Positions 29,169 to 37,227 of a stretch of DNA of 52,281 bases are shown in pieces. Source of the DNA: an uncultured Actinomycetes bacterium (GTDB lineage: Bacteria > Actinomycetota > Actinomycetes > S36-B12 > UBA5976); NCBI GenBank assembly GCA_903892635.1, contig CAITJH010000037.1, forward strand, positions 1 to 52,281, given 5' to 3'. The position numbers were made by a program, and so were the translations under genes. How positions within the stretch are numbered: the stretch's first letter is position 1; every line of letters starts with the position of its first letter. The notes under the pieces are model-generated. The model had not been told where the DNA came from, made no database searches, and worked only from the letters and a program-made list of their open reading frames with translations.

Positions 29169-29244
29169 TGGCGCGCCCGAAGGGATTCGAACCCCTAACC
29201 TTTTGATCCGTAGTCAAATGCTCTATCCGTTGAGCTACGGGCGC
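29169..29244 (-). tRNA. tRNA-Arg(ACG)
   Basis: The minus strand reads GCGCCCG-TA-GCTCAACGGATAGAGC-A-TTTGA-CT-ACG-GA-TCAAA-AGGTT-AGGGG-TTCGAAT-CCCTT-CGGGCGC-GCCA, 76 nt. Confidence 0.97.
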
Positions 29245-29298
29245 AACAAGCACCTACTCTAACCCTGACGGTATGGGCTTGGCAAAAAATACCCAAGT

Positions 29299-29628
29299 TT
29301 AGGCGCTAAGTGCAGCTTCGAGTGACTCTGAAATCGGGATCAACGTATTTAGGCCGGTAATTTCAAATACCTTAAGTACGCGATCATTTGTGACAACCAC
29401 GAGGAATTTTCGTTCAATTTCACGACACCGTTTCAAGGCTCGAACCACAATTCCCAAGCCTGTTGAATCCATGAAGGTCACTCCACCAAGGTCGAGAACA
29501 ACCTTGTTATGTGGCTCGCTAATCGCTGCGATCACAGCGGTGTCTAGATTAGGTGCCGAAACAATATCAAGTTCGCCTTCAGCAGCAACGACAATCGCAT
29601 CACCAATGGTTGATGTTGAGATTTTCAC
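29299..29628 (-). CDS. Anti-sigma factor antagonist (STAS; BldG/RsbV-like)
   Basis: GELDI.SAP, DL.GVTFMDSTGLG (phosphorylatable Ser), F.ITGL. Divergent from a helicase, as at Streptomyces bldG. Confidence 0.92.
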   Translation of the reverse strand: MKISTSTIGDAIVVAAEGELDIVSAPNLDTAVIAAISEPHNKVVLDLGGVTFMDSTGLGIVVRALKRCREIERKFLVVVTNDRVLKVFEITGLNTLIPISESLEAALSA

Positions 29629-29679
29629 GTTCTGCCTCCCAGCGCTTCTACTTGTCCTAATCTATGACATCCGAGCCGA

Positions 29680-29701
29680 AGTCAGAGGTAACAGGCACAA
29701 T
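29680..29701 (+). promoter_or_regulatory. RecA-NDp / PafBC-type promoter of the DUF1998 helicase
   Basis: aGTCAG-aggtaacagg-CAcaaT (N10 spacing); the ATG at 29708 follows 6 nt later. Confidence 0.55.
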
Positions 29702-29707
29702 CAATAC

Positions 29708-31972
29708 ATGGATGTTTCGTGGGAATCAATGCTGCGCGAGCGCTTTGCCGACGATCTAGACACACGACACATCTCTGCCCGCTCGGCAACAACAGCACAC
29801 TTACCCGACTGGATAACTGCTGAAGTAGTACAGGCGTTGACACGCGATGGCATTTCGCAACTGTGGCAACATCAAGTTGACGCGCTCAACCAGTGGCATT
29901 CGGGATGTAACGTCATCGTGTCGACTGGTACAGCAAGTGGAAAATCTTTGTGCTACCAAATTCCAATTGTGCAATCGGTAGTCAGTAATCCAAAAGCAAA
30001 GACCCTGTACTTTGCACCAACAAAAGCATTGGCTCACGATCAGGCTCGCTCTCTCATAGATTTCAATGTGCCGGGAACTTATGTCTGCACATTCGATGGC
30101 GATTCAGATCAACAAGAACGTCGTTGGGCTCGAGAGCACGCGAACGTATTAGTTACTAATCCGGACATGGTGCATCAAACCCTTCTGTCGCAGCATGAAA
30201 AATGGCAGCACTTTTTTCGCAATCTGGAATTGATTGCGGTTGATGAATGCCACCTTTACCGAGGTATGTTCGGCGCACAAGTATCAAATGTGCTGCGAAG
30301 ATTCTTGCGAGTAGCGAACTACTATGGCTCGTTCCCGCAAATTGTGATGGCATCTGCAACAGTCTCTGAACCAGCTACCCACGCAGGCATGCTCACCGGC
30401 CAAAATTTTTTTGAAGTAAGTAATGACACGTCACCACGAGGTGCACTGACAATTGGTCTTGCGCTACCGCCAAAACTTATTGATAGCGACGACAGCCCAC
30501 GTCGCACTGCTTTAGCAACTGCTGCAGATGTGCTCGCCGACTTAGTGCTTGATCGAGTTCGCACATTAACTTTCGTGAAGTCACGTAAAGCAGCGGAAAC
30601 TGTTGCAATTCTCGCTCGCAATCACGTCGAGCAGGTGGCACCTGAATTGACCAGCACAATCGCCAGTTATCGCGCAGGTTACTTACCTGAAGAACGACGC
30701 GACATTGAATCTCGATTACGTTCTGGCGATCTACTTGGAGTTTCAACCACTAATGCGCTCGAACTTGGAGTCGACATCAGCGGACTTGATGCAACCGTAA
30801 TGGCTGGGTGGCCCGGAACGCGAGCAAGTTTCTGGCAACAAGTCGGTCGTGCTGGACGAGATCAACAAGAGGCGATGGCGCTTTTGATCGCGAGTGATAA
30901 TCCGCTCGATCAATATTTAGTCCGGCATCCCGAAAGTATTTATGACACTCCTATTGAAGCTGCAGTCTGTGATCCGACTAATTCGAATGTGCTCTACGGA
31001 CATTTAGCCTGCGCATGTGCGGAGCGTTACTTAACTGATGACGACATTGAACTCTTTGGCTCGCGCTCGCAAGTTGAAATGATCTTGAACACGCTTCAAG
31101 CAAATGGACTAATTCGTAAACGTCCTCAGGGTTGGTTTTGGGCTGGTGAAGGACGGCCACATGATCTTGTGGATTTGCGCGGTTCTGGCGACGGTCCGTT
31201 TCAGATTGTTGAGAGCGATACTGGACGCTTATTGGGAACGATCGATTGTGACGCGGCTCTTCGCCAAGTCCATGAAGGTGCGGTGTACACACACTTGGGC
31301 GAGACATATGTTGTAGACCGATTGGATCTTGATGATCGCGTATCGCTCGTACACTCGGAGCTTGTTGACTATTCAACTTACGCCCGAGACGTCACAACTG
31401 TTGATGTTGTGTCTGAGGTAGATCACAAGTCCTTTGGCAACATAACGATGTCCCGAGGGATCGTGGAAGTTACCGAGCAAGTCGTCGCTTTTCAAAAGCG
31501 ACGCAATATCTCTGGTCAGATTATTGCTGACGTTGCATTGGAGTTGCCTCCTACAACATTGACAACTCAAGCAATGTGGTGGACAACTCCGATCGACGTG
31601 CTAAACCAATTGGAGATTCTTGATGTCGCCGGATGCATGCATGCCGCTGAACATGCAGCTATCGGCCTGTTGCCACTATTCACGCTTTGTGATCGATGGG
31701 ACATCGGAGGAGTGTCGTTTGCCGCTCATCCTGATACAGGCATGGCAACAGTATTCATTTATGACGGCTACGCCGGTGGCGCGGGATTTTCGTATCACGG
31801 TTATGAAATTGCGACCGATTGGCTTGGCGCGACTCGTGACACAATCTCTGAATGTTCGTGCAACGACGGTTGTCCCGCATGCGTTCAGTCTCCAAAGTGC
31901 GGAAACAATAATCATCCGCTGGATAAGGATGCTGCAACAGTCCTGTTGAGTTACCTGCTAAATACTCATTAA
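29708..31972 (+). CDS. DEAD/DEAH-box DNA helicase with C-terminal DUF1998 zinc-binding domain (Hrq1/MrfA-like)
   Basis: LWQHQ, TGTASGKS, PTKALA, DECH, SAT, LELGVDI, QQVGRAGR, YDGYAGGAG, CSC..GCPAC. The ORF-track 5' extension overlaps the STAS gene and was trimmed. Confidence 0.93.
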   Translation: MDVSWESMLRERFADDLDTRHISARSATTAHLPDWITAEVVQALTRDGISQLWQHQVDALNQWHSGCNVIVSTGTASGKSLCYQIPIVQSVVSNPKAKTLYFAPTKALAHDQARSLIDFNVPGTYVCTFDGDSDQQERRWAREHANVLVTNPDMVHQTLLSQHEKWQHFFRNLELIAVDECHLYRGMFGAQVSNVLRRFLRVANYYGSFPQIVMASATVSEPATHAGMLTGQNFFEVSNDTSPRGALTIGLALPPKLIDSDDSPRRTALATAADVLADLVLDRVRTLTFVKSRKAAETVAILARNHVEQVAPELTSTIASYRAGYLPEERRDIESRLRSGDLLGVSTTNALELGVDISGLDATVMAGWPGTRASFWQQVGRAGRDQQEAMALLIASDNPLDQYLVRHPESIYDTPIEAAVCDPTNSNVLYGHLACACAERYLTDDDIELFGSRSQVEMILNTLQANGLIRKRPQGWFWAGEGRPHDLVDLRGSGDGPFQIVESDTGRLLGTIDCDAALRQVHEGAVYTHLGETYVVDRLDLDDRVSLVHSELVDYSTYARDVTTVDVVSEVDHKSFGNITMSRGIVEVTEQVVAFQKRRNISGQIIADVALELPPTTLTTQAMWWTTPIDVLNQLEILDVAGCMHAAEHAAIGLLPLFTLCDRWDIGGVSFAAHPDTGMATVFIYDGYAGGAGFSYHGYEIATDWLGATRDTISECSCNDGCPACVQSPKCGNNNHPLDKDAATVLLSYLLNTH

Positions 31973-32310
31973 GTCGCTCCTGCTCGCGATGTTGCAGAAA
32001 TTCGAAACAAACGACCCCACACTGTTATCCAGCGCTCTACTTCCACAGCGCTCACCGGATCACTTATTTCGCATGCGCTAAGAGTGGCATTGTTTGCCGC
32101 AGCAATGACATCAGCAGATTGGCATGCAGCATCTTGTCCCAAAACCATATTCTGCGCTCCAGCAAGCGCACTTAGATCAGCCGCATTTGCTACTTGGTGA
32201 TGAATAGATATGTATTGCATTGCACCGCCACTGAGCATAAGAACCATAAAGAGCATTAGTGCCACAACAATCGTTACAAGGCTTGCACTGCCTTCATCAT
32301 GCGCCGCCAA
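31969..32310 (-). CDS. TadE/TadG-like pseudopilin (Rv3654c-like)
   Basis: DEG|SAS plus TM, AADLSALAGA, AC..A..IA..N.A.L..C, SRAG. Likely TTG start at 32310 after GGAG; the ORF track starts at 32367. Confidence 0.85.
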   Translation of the reverse strand: MAAHDEGSASLVTIVVALMLFMVLMLSGGAMQYISIHHQVANAADLSALAGAQNMVLGQDAACQSADVIAAANNATLSACEISDPVSAVEVERWITVWGRLFRISATSRAGAT

Positions 32311-32311
32311 C

Positions 32312-32704
32312 TCAAGCTCCAGTCGATAGAGATTCGAGTAACGCAGTTGACGAAGCACTGACATCAATCGCCCGATTAAAGATCGGGATGCGTAGCGACA
32401 CAGTCTTCATTGCATCAACGTGCACGAGTTCACTGTCCGTTGTCATGTGAATGTCAATGCCTTGCTTGTGGGCAGAATCAATCTGATCACTTACTGCATC
32501 GCCTCGGGCCGCACTTCGAGCAATCGTCATGGTCATATCGCGCAATTTGATGTTTGTCGCTCCCACGCTCATGCCCCACAGTCCAATGAATGCAACCATC
32601 ACGATCGCTGGTAGCACGACCGCAAGCTCAGCAATCGCATAACCTTGCGACTTGCGGGGATCTAGGAGTGACCTACATCCCCGCAAGTCCAATTTCCTAA
32701 GCAC
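32312..32704 (-). CDS. TadE-family pseudopilin (Rv3655c-like)
   Basis: Prepilin site QG|YAIAELAVVLP, AR.AARG. Start uncertain. Confidence 0.85.
   Translation of the reverse strand: MLRKLDLRGCRSLLDPRKSQGYAIAELAVVLPAIVMVAFIGLWGMSVGATNIKLRDMTMTIARSAARGDAVSDQIDSAHKQGIDIHMTTDSELVHVDAMKTVSLRIPIFNRAIDVSASSTALLESLSTGA
32649..32689. terminator. Strong hairpin just downstream of the Flp pilin stop codon (attenuator or mRNA stabiliser)
   Basis: Perfect 13-bp inverted repeat GACTTGCGGGGAT/ATCCCCGCAAGTC plus inner TAGG/CCTA. Confidence 0.65.
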
Positions 32705-32882
32705 CGAAAATTGATCCGAATGCTCGTTGTAGCAAGTTCATGATGAGGTCTTGAATTCCTTGACTAGTTAGCAATTTGATGAGGATTCCACCGAGGCTTG
32801 CAGCAGCTACCGTGCCGACTGCATATTCTGCGGTTGTCATTCCATCTTCACGTTTAAGAATTGTTAAAGCTCGAGTAATCAC
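32697..32882 (-). CDS. Flp-type major pilin (DUF4244, Rv3656c-like)
   Basis: EDG|MTTAEYAVGTVAA; 61 aa; RBS AAGGAG. Confidence 0.92.
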   Translation of the reverse strand: MITRALTILKREDGMTTAEYAVGTVAAASLGGILIKLLTSQGIQDLIMNLLQRAFGSIFGA

Positions 32883-32969
32883 GTGGACTCCTTGGTATGA
32901 GATGAGGCGCGTTTTGCGCTGAAACTATCGTGCGACTCGTGTTGACATTGAGATAGATGCATTCACTAT

Positions 32970-32993
32970 TTGTGGAAAGTCAAAGGCTGTGGA
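32970..32993 (-). promoter_or_regulatory. Direct-repeat operator upstream of the pilin promoter
   Basis: tTGTGGAaa ... cTGTGGAg at 17-bp period; putative -10 CACGAT at 32932-32927. Confidence 0.55.
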
Positions 32994-32997
32994 GTTG

Positions 32998-33564
32998 CTA
33001 CCACGCTAAGTGAGAAAACAAGCCGACTGCTATTGGTACAACACCAATCAATACAAAGGCTGGCAAGAAGCACAGGCCCAAAGGAAGAACTGACTTCACT
33101 GCAACCGAACGTACTCGTTGTGTGATGTAGCTACTTGCTTCATTGCGCATTTGTTCGCTCAATGTACCTAAGGCTGCATGCAACGGTGCACCTGTGATGA
33201 AACTTCGTTCCAGTAAGTGAGCTGCAGTTGCCAAAGAAGGTTGATTTGCCTGAACACTTCGACATGCTTGAATTGGATCAGCTCGCATGTCACTCGCCCA
33301 TTGTTCAATTGCCGGATGGGTAGATTCGAGTTCGGCGACGATTGATAATGCGCGCGCTACCGACAAGCCTGCCGACAAACACATGCGCAGGTGATCAAGT
33401 GACGCACTAGCTTGCAATAACGAAATTTTCTTATCGCTGCCGGCTAGTTGTTGTGCATGAGCCAAGTGATGCTTTTGGTCTCGACCCGTATTGTGAGACT
33501 TTCGCTGAAATGGTTTGCCGAAATAGTACGAGATTCCTACCAAAACAGATAGAGCAAACATCAT
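32998..33564 (-). CDS. Type II secretion F-family / TadC protein
   Basis: L.AGL, TGAP, V....PLGLCFLPAFVLIGVVP. Confidence 0.9.
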   Translation of the reverse strand: MMFALSVLVGISYYFGKPFQRKSHNTGRDQKHHLAHAQQLAGSDKKISLLQASASLDHLRMCLSAGLSVARALSIVAELESTHPAIEQWASDMRADPIQACRSVQANQPSLATAAHLLERSFITGAPLHAALGTLSEQMRNEASSYITQRVRSVAVKSVLPLGLCFLPAFVLIGVVPIAVGLFSHLAW

Positions 33565-34196
33565 GACTGCGTCGCCAATGCTCGCTTAACTAATACGTGC
33601 GTCCACCAAAATCCAGTTAGCTCAAAGATAGTCGCGAGTACCAAACACAGTCGACCAAATCCAGTACCACTCAACCAAGCAAGTGGTTGTGCATTGAGCA
33701 CAGTGCCAAACATTAAGCCCATAACTGGAAGTGCAGCAAGGACATAGATAGTTGCTCGAACGCTTGCAAGTTCACTTCGTAGCGATTGATGCATCGCAAT
33801 ACTCTCTTGAATTGATTTAGTCATTACATCGAGTGAGCTGCTCAGTTGCGAACCTTGAGTTCGAGAAATAGTCATCGCGACACTGAGGTGCCCAAGTATT
33901 GGATACTGAGCGGCATCGTGGCGTAGCCCTATTACAGGATTAAGTTCATCTCGCAGCGACTCACGGGTATGTCTTAATTCATTTTCCGGAATGCAGTTCA
34001 GGGCTTGGCTCAGCGCAACATGTGGTGTTGCTCCGGATTCAAGTTCGATTCGAAAAGCCATAATCAGATCAAGCTGCTGTTTATCTGTTAGTCGCTTTCG
34101 CCTCGGTGCAAAGCCATTCGTACGCATAACTGAGAATTTGCGAAGTGGAAACGCTAAATAGACAGCAACGGCAACCAGTATGGATATTGCTAACAC
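33561..34196 (-). CDS. Type II secretion F-family / TadB protein
   Basis: EL.SGA.P, ELAS.RAT..VLA.LP..G, PL.WL, G.LCL. Confidence 0.88.
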   Translation of the reverse strand: MLAISILVAVAVYLAFPLRKFSVMRTNGFAPRRKRLTDKQQLDLIMAFRIELESGATPHVALSQALNCIPENELRHTRESLRDELNPVIGLRHDAAQYPILGHLSVAMTISRTQGSQLSSSLDVMTKSIQESIAMHQSLRSELASVRATIYVLAALPVMGLMFGTVLNAQPLAWLSGTGFGRLCLVLATIFELTGFWWTHVLVKRALATQS

Positions 34197-35332
34197 GACA
34201 AATCCTGAATTGCATCTGAATCTAAATACTCGTCAAAGTGTGAATGGACTTTTACTTCCGGAGTAAAGGTAATGATCGGGAAATACTCGCATCGATCATT
34301 AACCAATTTCAATGCACCAATCTCGTGAACTTGCCGAACACCATCAATGCGCTGCATATCAATCACAAGATCAATTGCCGTAGCAAGTTGCGCATGTGTA
34401 GCACTGTCGGATAAACCATTAGTCACTCCGAGAAGTTGAACCCGTGAAATGACATCTTTGCCGCTATTAGCGTGAATTGTTGCTGCACAACCCTGATGCC
34501 CAGTATTGAGTGCTGCGAAAAGTTCCAGAATTTCCGCACCTCTGACCTCTCCAACGATGATTCGATCGGGACGCATGCGTAAGGCTTGACGTACCAAAGT
34601 ACGCATCGTTACTTCACCAATACCTTCGGCATTCGGCAATCGACTTTGTAATTTTGCGCAATGGTCGTGCGCGATCGACAACTCCGAAGCATCTTCCACA
34701 ATCACAATGCGTTGCGACGACGGAACATCGGCGAGCATCCCTGCCAGCAAGGTTGTTTTTCCCGTACCAGTGCCACCACATAATAAGAATGCTTTTTGAG
34801 TGAGAACAATGTTGCGCAACACTCGTTCCACAATCGGTGACTGGTGCTGAACTAAGTCGTGAAGTACTGGCGGTTTTGGTTGGGCAATTCGAAGAGCTAT
34901 TTGCGTGCCCGTGGTGCTCAGCGGCGCTGCAATTATGTGTATTCGTATTCTGGAATCTAATTGAGCATCCACATAAGGATTGAGCTCGTCTAATCTCTTA
35001 TCGCATTCCATCGCGAGTCGAACTGCAAAGCGATAGAGCTCCGTCTCGTTTTTCCATGGAGATGAAATTCGTTCAAGTCCAAAACCACGATCAATCCAGA
35101 CATCGCAATGGCCATTGACAATGACATCAGTTACGTCAGGAATACGAACTACATCATTTAATACGCCTAGCCGAGAATGTTCACTACTGAGTAAACCGAC
35201 TAGTTCCACAAGTTCGACTTCAGAAATCCGTGGCAGCATTTCACGTGCGACATCAATGATGTCACTTGCTGAAAAGGTGTCGTTTCTTTCTTTTAATTGT
35301 GCTCGCACGTCACTTATGACATTAGGCAGCAC
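34190..35332 (-). CDS. cpaF: Tad pilus assembly ATPase (TadA/CpaF family)
   Basis: VTDVIVNG, GGTGTGKTT, ED..EL, ALRMRPDRIIVGEVRG, NTGH.G...TIHAN. Confidence 0.95.
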   Translation of the reverse strand: MLPNVISDVRAQLKERNDTFSASDIIDVAREMLPRISEVELVELVGLLSSEHSRLGVLNDVVRIPDVTDVIVNGHCDVWIDRGFGLERISSPWKNETELYRFAVRLAMECDKRLDELNPYVDAQLDSRIRIHIIAAPLSTTGTQIALRIAQPKPPVLHDLVQHQSPIVERVLRNIVLTQKAFLLCGGTGTGKTTLLAGMLADVPSSQRIVIVEDASELSIAHDHCAKLQSRLPNAEGIGEVTMRTLVRQALRMRPDRIIVGEVRGAEILELFAALNTGHQGCAATIHANSGKDVISRVQLLGVTNGLSDSATHAQLATAIDLVIDMQRIDGVRQVHEIGALKLVNDRCEYFPIITFTPEVKVHSHFDEYLDSDAIQDLSC

Positions 35333-36356
35333 GAAGCTGTACTTCCTGATCCATAAAGTAATTTGCTAATCGAGATATGGCTCGACTATGGCTACCATTT
35401 CGAAGTGCAACAGGGCCAAGACCTTGTTCGATAACTTCAACTAACCGCGTATCAGTCGGAATTGATGCCCACAGCGGAAGCTCTAGCGTCTGGGCAACTA
35501 ACGGTTCGGCTAACGCACTACCGGGAACGCTGCGAACAACGACGCCCATGGTCAACATACTCGAATCAAACTCTTCAATACTGGCTCGTGCGAGTGCAAC
35601 CGCACGCAACGTATTAGGCACAACAAGACACACATCATCCACGAGACCTTCCAATGTGCGCATTTGATCCAGAGATGAACAGTCAAGGACTAGTTGGGTA
35701 GATTCCATTGCGATCGCTTTAATGATCTCGATGTGCTCATCCCCTAACGTGTTCTTGATTCCAATGGGTGCAGGAAGATAGTGCAGCGAGTTCCAAGAGG
35801 AGAGCCGCTCCATTGAAAAACTATGCGGATCCGCGGTAATAAGGTCGTGCCAAGTTGTTGGAGTGGCGCGCTCAGTTCCGAGCATCACTGCCATTCCTCC
35901 GCCCCGCGACTGACAATCAATCAAAACGACAGACGGTGAGATTCGAGAAAGTTCGCCGGCAACACAGGCAGCAAGCGTCGAGGCGCCCGCACCACCAACA
36001 AGCGGAATGAAAGCTGTTACGCGGGCACGACGACTCGATACTTTTGTCAACGCTTGAGTAATTTCTGAACGATCTTGCGGAAGGCTTACGATTCGTTGAG
36101 CATTAACGCGTGCGGCGCATTGCCAAGCCGTTGGGCCAGCCGGACCACTCGTGACAATCCACACCATTCGGTGATTCATCTCGAAATCGCTGCATTCAGG
36201 ATCAAGAAATATGTGCTGAGCATTATTTATCTGAACGACATCTGGTTGCGCAGTGACCTCTAATGAGAATCCGGTTACCGCAATAATCTTGTCGAATTCT
36301 GCTCGCATGTAAGCGTTATTTGTAATTAGTAATGCACTTGTCATGTGGACCTCCAC
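35322..36356 (-). CDS. ssd: Septum site-determining protein Ssd / CpaE-like (Rv3660c-like)
   Basis: AW..A..V.A.....LP, GGAGASTLA (deviant P-loop), D...GG; first gene of the tad operon. The start may be the ATG at 36344. Confidence 0.85.
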   Translation of the reverse strand: MEVHMTSALLITNNAYMRAEFDKIIAVTGFSLEVTAQPDVVQINNAQHIFLDPECSDFEMNHRMVWIVTSGPAGPTAWQCAARVNAQRIVSLPQDRSEITQALTKVSSRRARVTAFIPLVGGAGASTLAACVAGELSRISPSVVLIDCQSRGGGMAVMLGTERATPTTWHDLITADPHSFSMERLSSWNSLHYLPAPIGIKNTLGDEHIEIIKAIAMESTQLVLDCSSLDQMRTLEGLVDDVCLVVPNTLRAVALARASIEEFDSSMLTMGVVVRSVPGSALAEPLVAQTLELPLWASIPTDTRLVEVIEQGLGPVALRNGSHSRAISRLANYFMDQEVQLRAA

Positions 36357-36405
36357 GTCACAGGTTTGTGCAAACCGCTCAGTGATGAAAGTGCCAGTTA
36401 TCGCA

Positions 36406-36429
36406 CTGTGGAGAAAGTTGTGCTGTGAA
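36406..36429 (-). promoter_or_regulatory. Direct-repeat operator upstream of the ssd-tad promoter
   Basis: cTGTGGAg ... cTGTGAAa at 17-bp period; putative -10 AAACCT at 36367-36362. Confidence 0.55.
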
Positions 36430-36447
36430 AATGCAGATTCGAGGGGA

Positions 36448-37218
36448 CTATCGGCCGGCTAATGCTGCGAGTGTTCCATCAATTCCCAATGAAATGGCAG
36501 AAGTATGCCAACGCATTAGCGCAATCATCCCTTCAATGGTTCCCGAACCGTAGTCGCGTAATGCCTTGACGTAGGCCGTTCGTCCAAGGGAGTACATACC
36601 AAATTCAGGAGCACACAACACTTTGTCATCCACATGTTTTCCAGCGAGTACCAATCGAACCGAAGAACGTGCTACTAAATAGGACCCATGAGAAAACGGT
36701 CGAATCGCAGCAACTTCGGCATGGGCAATAGCGCTTACAACTAAAGCTGGCGCGGTCGTTGTTGTGATCGCTTGAGTGAGCAGGCCAAGCCGCTCATGCA
36801 TCTGCTCGACTGGAATAGCTGCACCCAAATGAAGTGGATCTTGCACACCTTCGGTAGTGCGCGGACGGCCGCGTTCGTCGCTTTGATCGATTAATGAATG
36901 CAGGAACGCCCACACCTGCATCGGTGAATGCATGAACGTCGATGCTTGTAAGTCAGCAGCTGCAGTAATGGTTAGTCCTTGATTGGCTACATCACCCATT
37001 GCAGAAGTATCCGGTTCGCGCAGTGGATCATCCGCCATAACCGCACCGTCAAGAGCCGCTGTTGCATAACCAGACATACGACGAACATAAGTAGTGAAGG
37101 TGTCATCTTGCTTTCGGATTTCACGGTTCCACGCCAATTCGTCGATGCGCTTTAAAGTATCTGAGCACAAAGATGCAATCTCTGGAACATCAGCAATCTG
37201 CTGCATGAAGTCAGTCAT
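36448..37218 (-). CDS. Fic/Fido-fold protein with degenerate active site (Rv3662c-like)
   Basis: PALVVSAIAHAEVAAIRPFSHGSYLVAR aligns to the Fic HPFxxGNGR region; Y..AL..Y.SG; conserved position upstream of ssd. Confidence 0.75.
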   Translation of the reverse strand: MTDFMQQIADVPEIASLCSDTLKRIDELAWNREIRKQDDTFTTYVRRMSGYATAALDGAVMADDPLREPDTSAMGDVANQGLTITAAADLQASTFMHSPMQVWAFLHSLIDQSDERGRPRTTEGVQDPLHLGAAIPVEQMHERLGLLTQAITTTTAPALVVSAIAHAEVAAIRPFSHGSYLVARSSVRLVLAGKHVDDKVLCAPEFGMYSLGRTAYVKALRDYGSGTIEGMIALMRWHTSAISLGIDGTLAALAGR

Positions 37219-37227
37219 GTCAATCTC

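Noticed and set aside
16881-29244. Region between tRNA-Ser and tRNA-Arg as a genomic island
   Set aside because: I saw no integrase or duplicated tRNA 3' ends, the gene content is housekeeping, and there is no obvious compositional shift by eye.
29390-29707. 106-aa N-terminal extension of the DUF1998 helicase
   Set aside because: It overlaps the STAS gene on the opposite strand, and a leaderless promoter points to the ATG at 29708.
34190-35332. ATPase as part of a conjugative element
   Set aside because: The context is the chromosomal ssd-tad-flp cluster; there is no relaxase, VirB4 or integrase.
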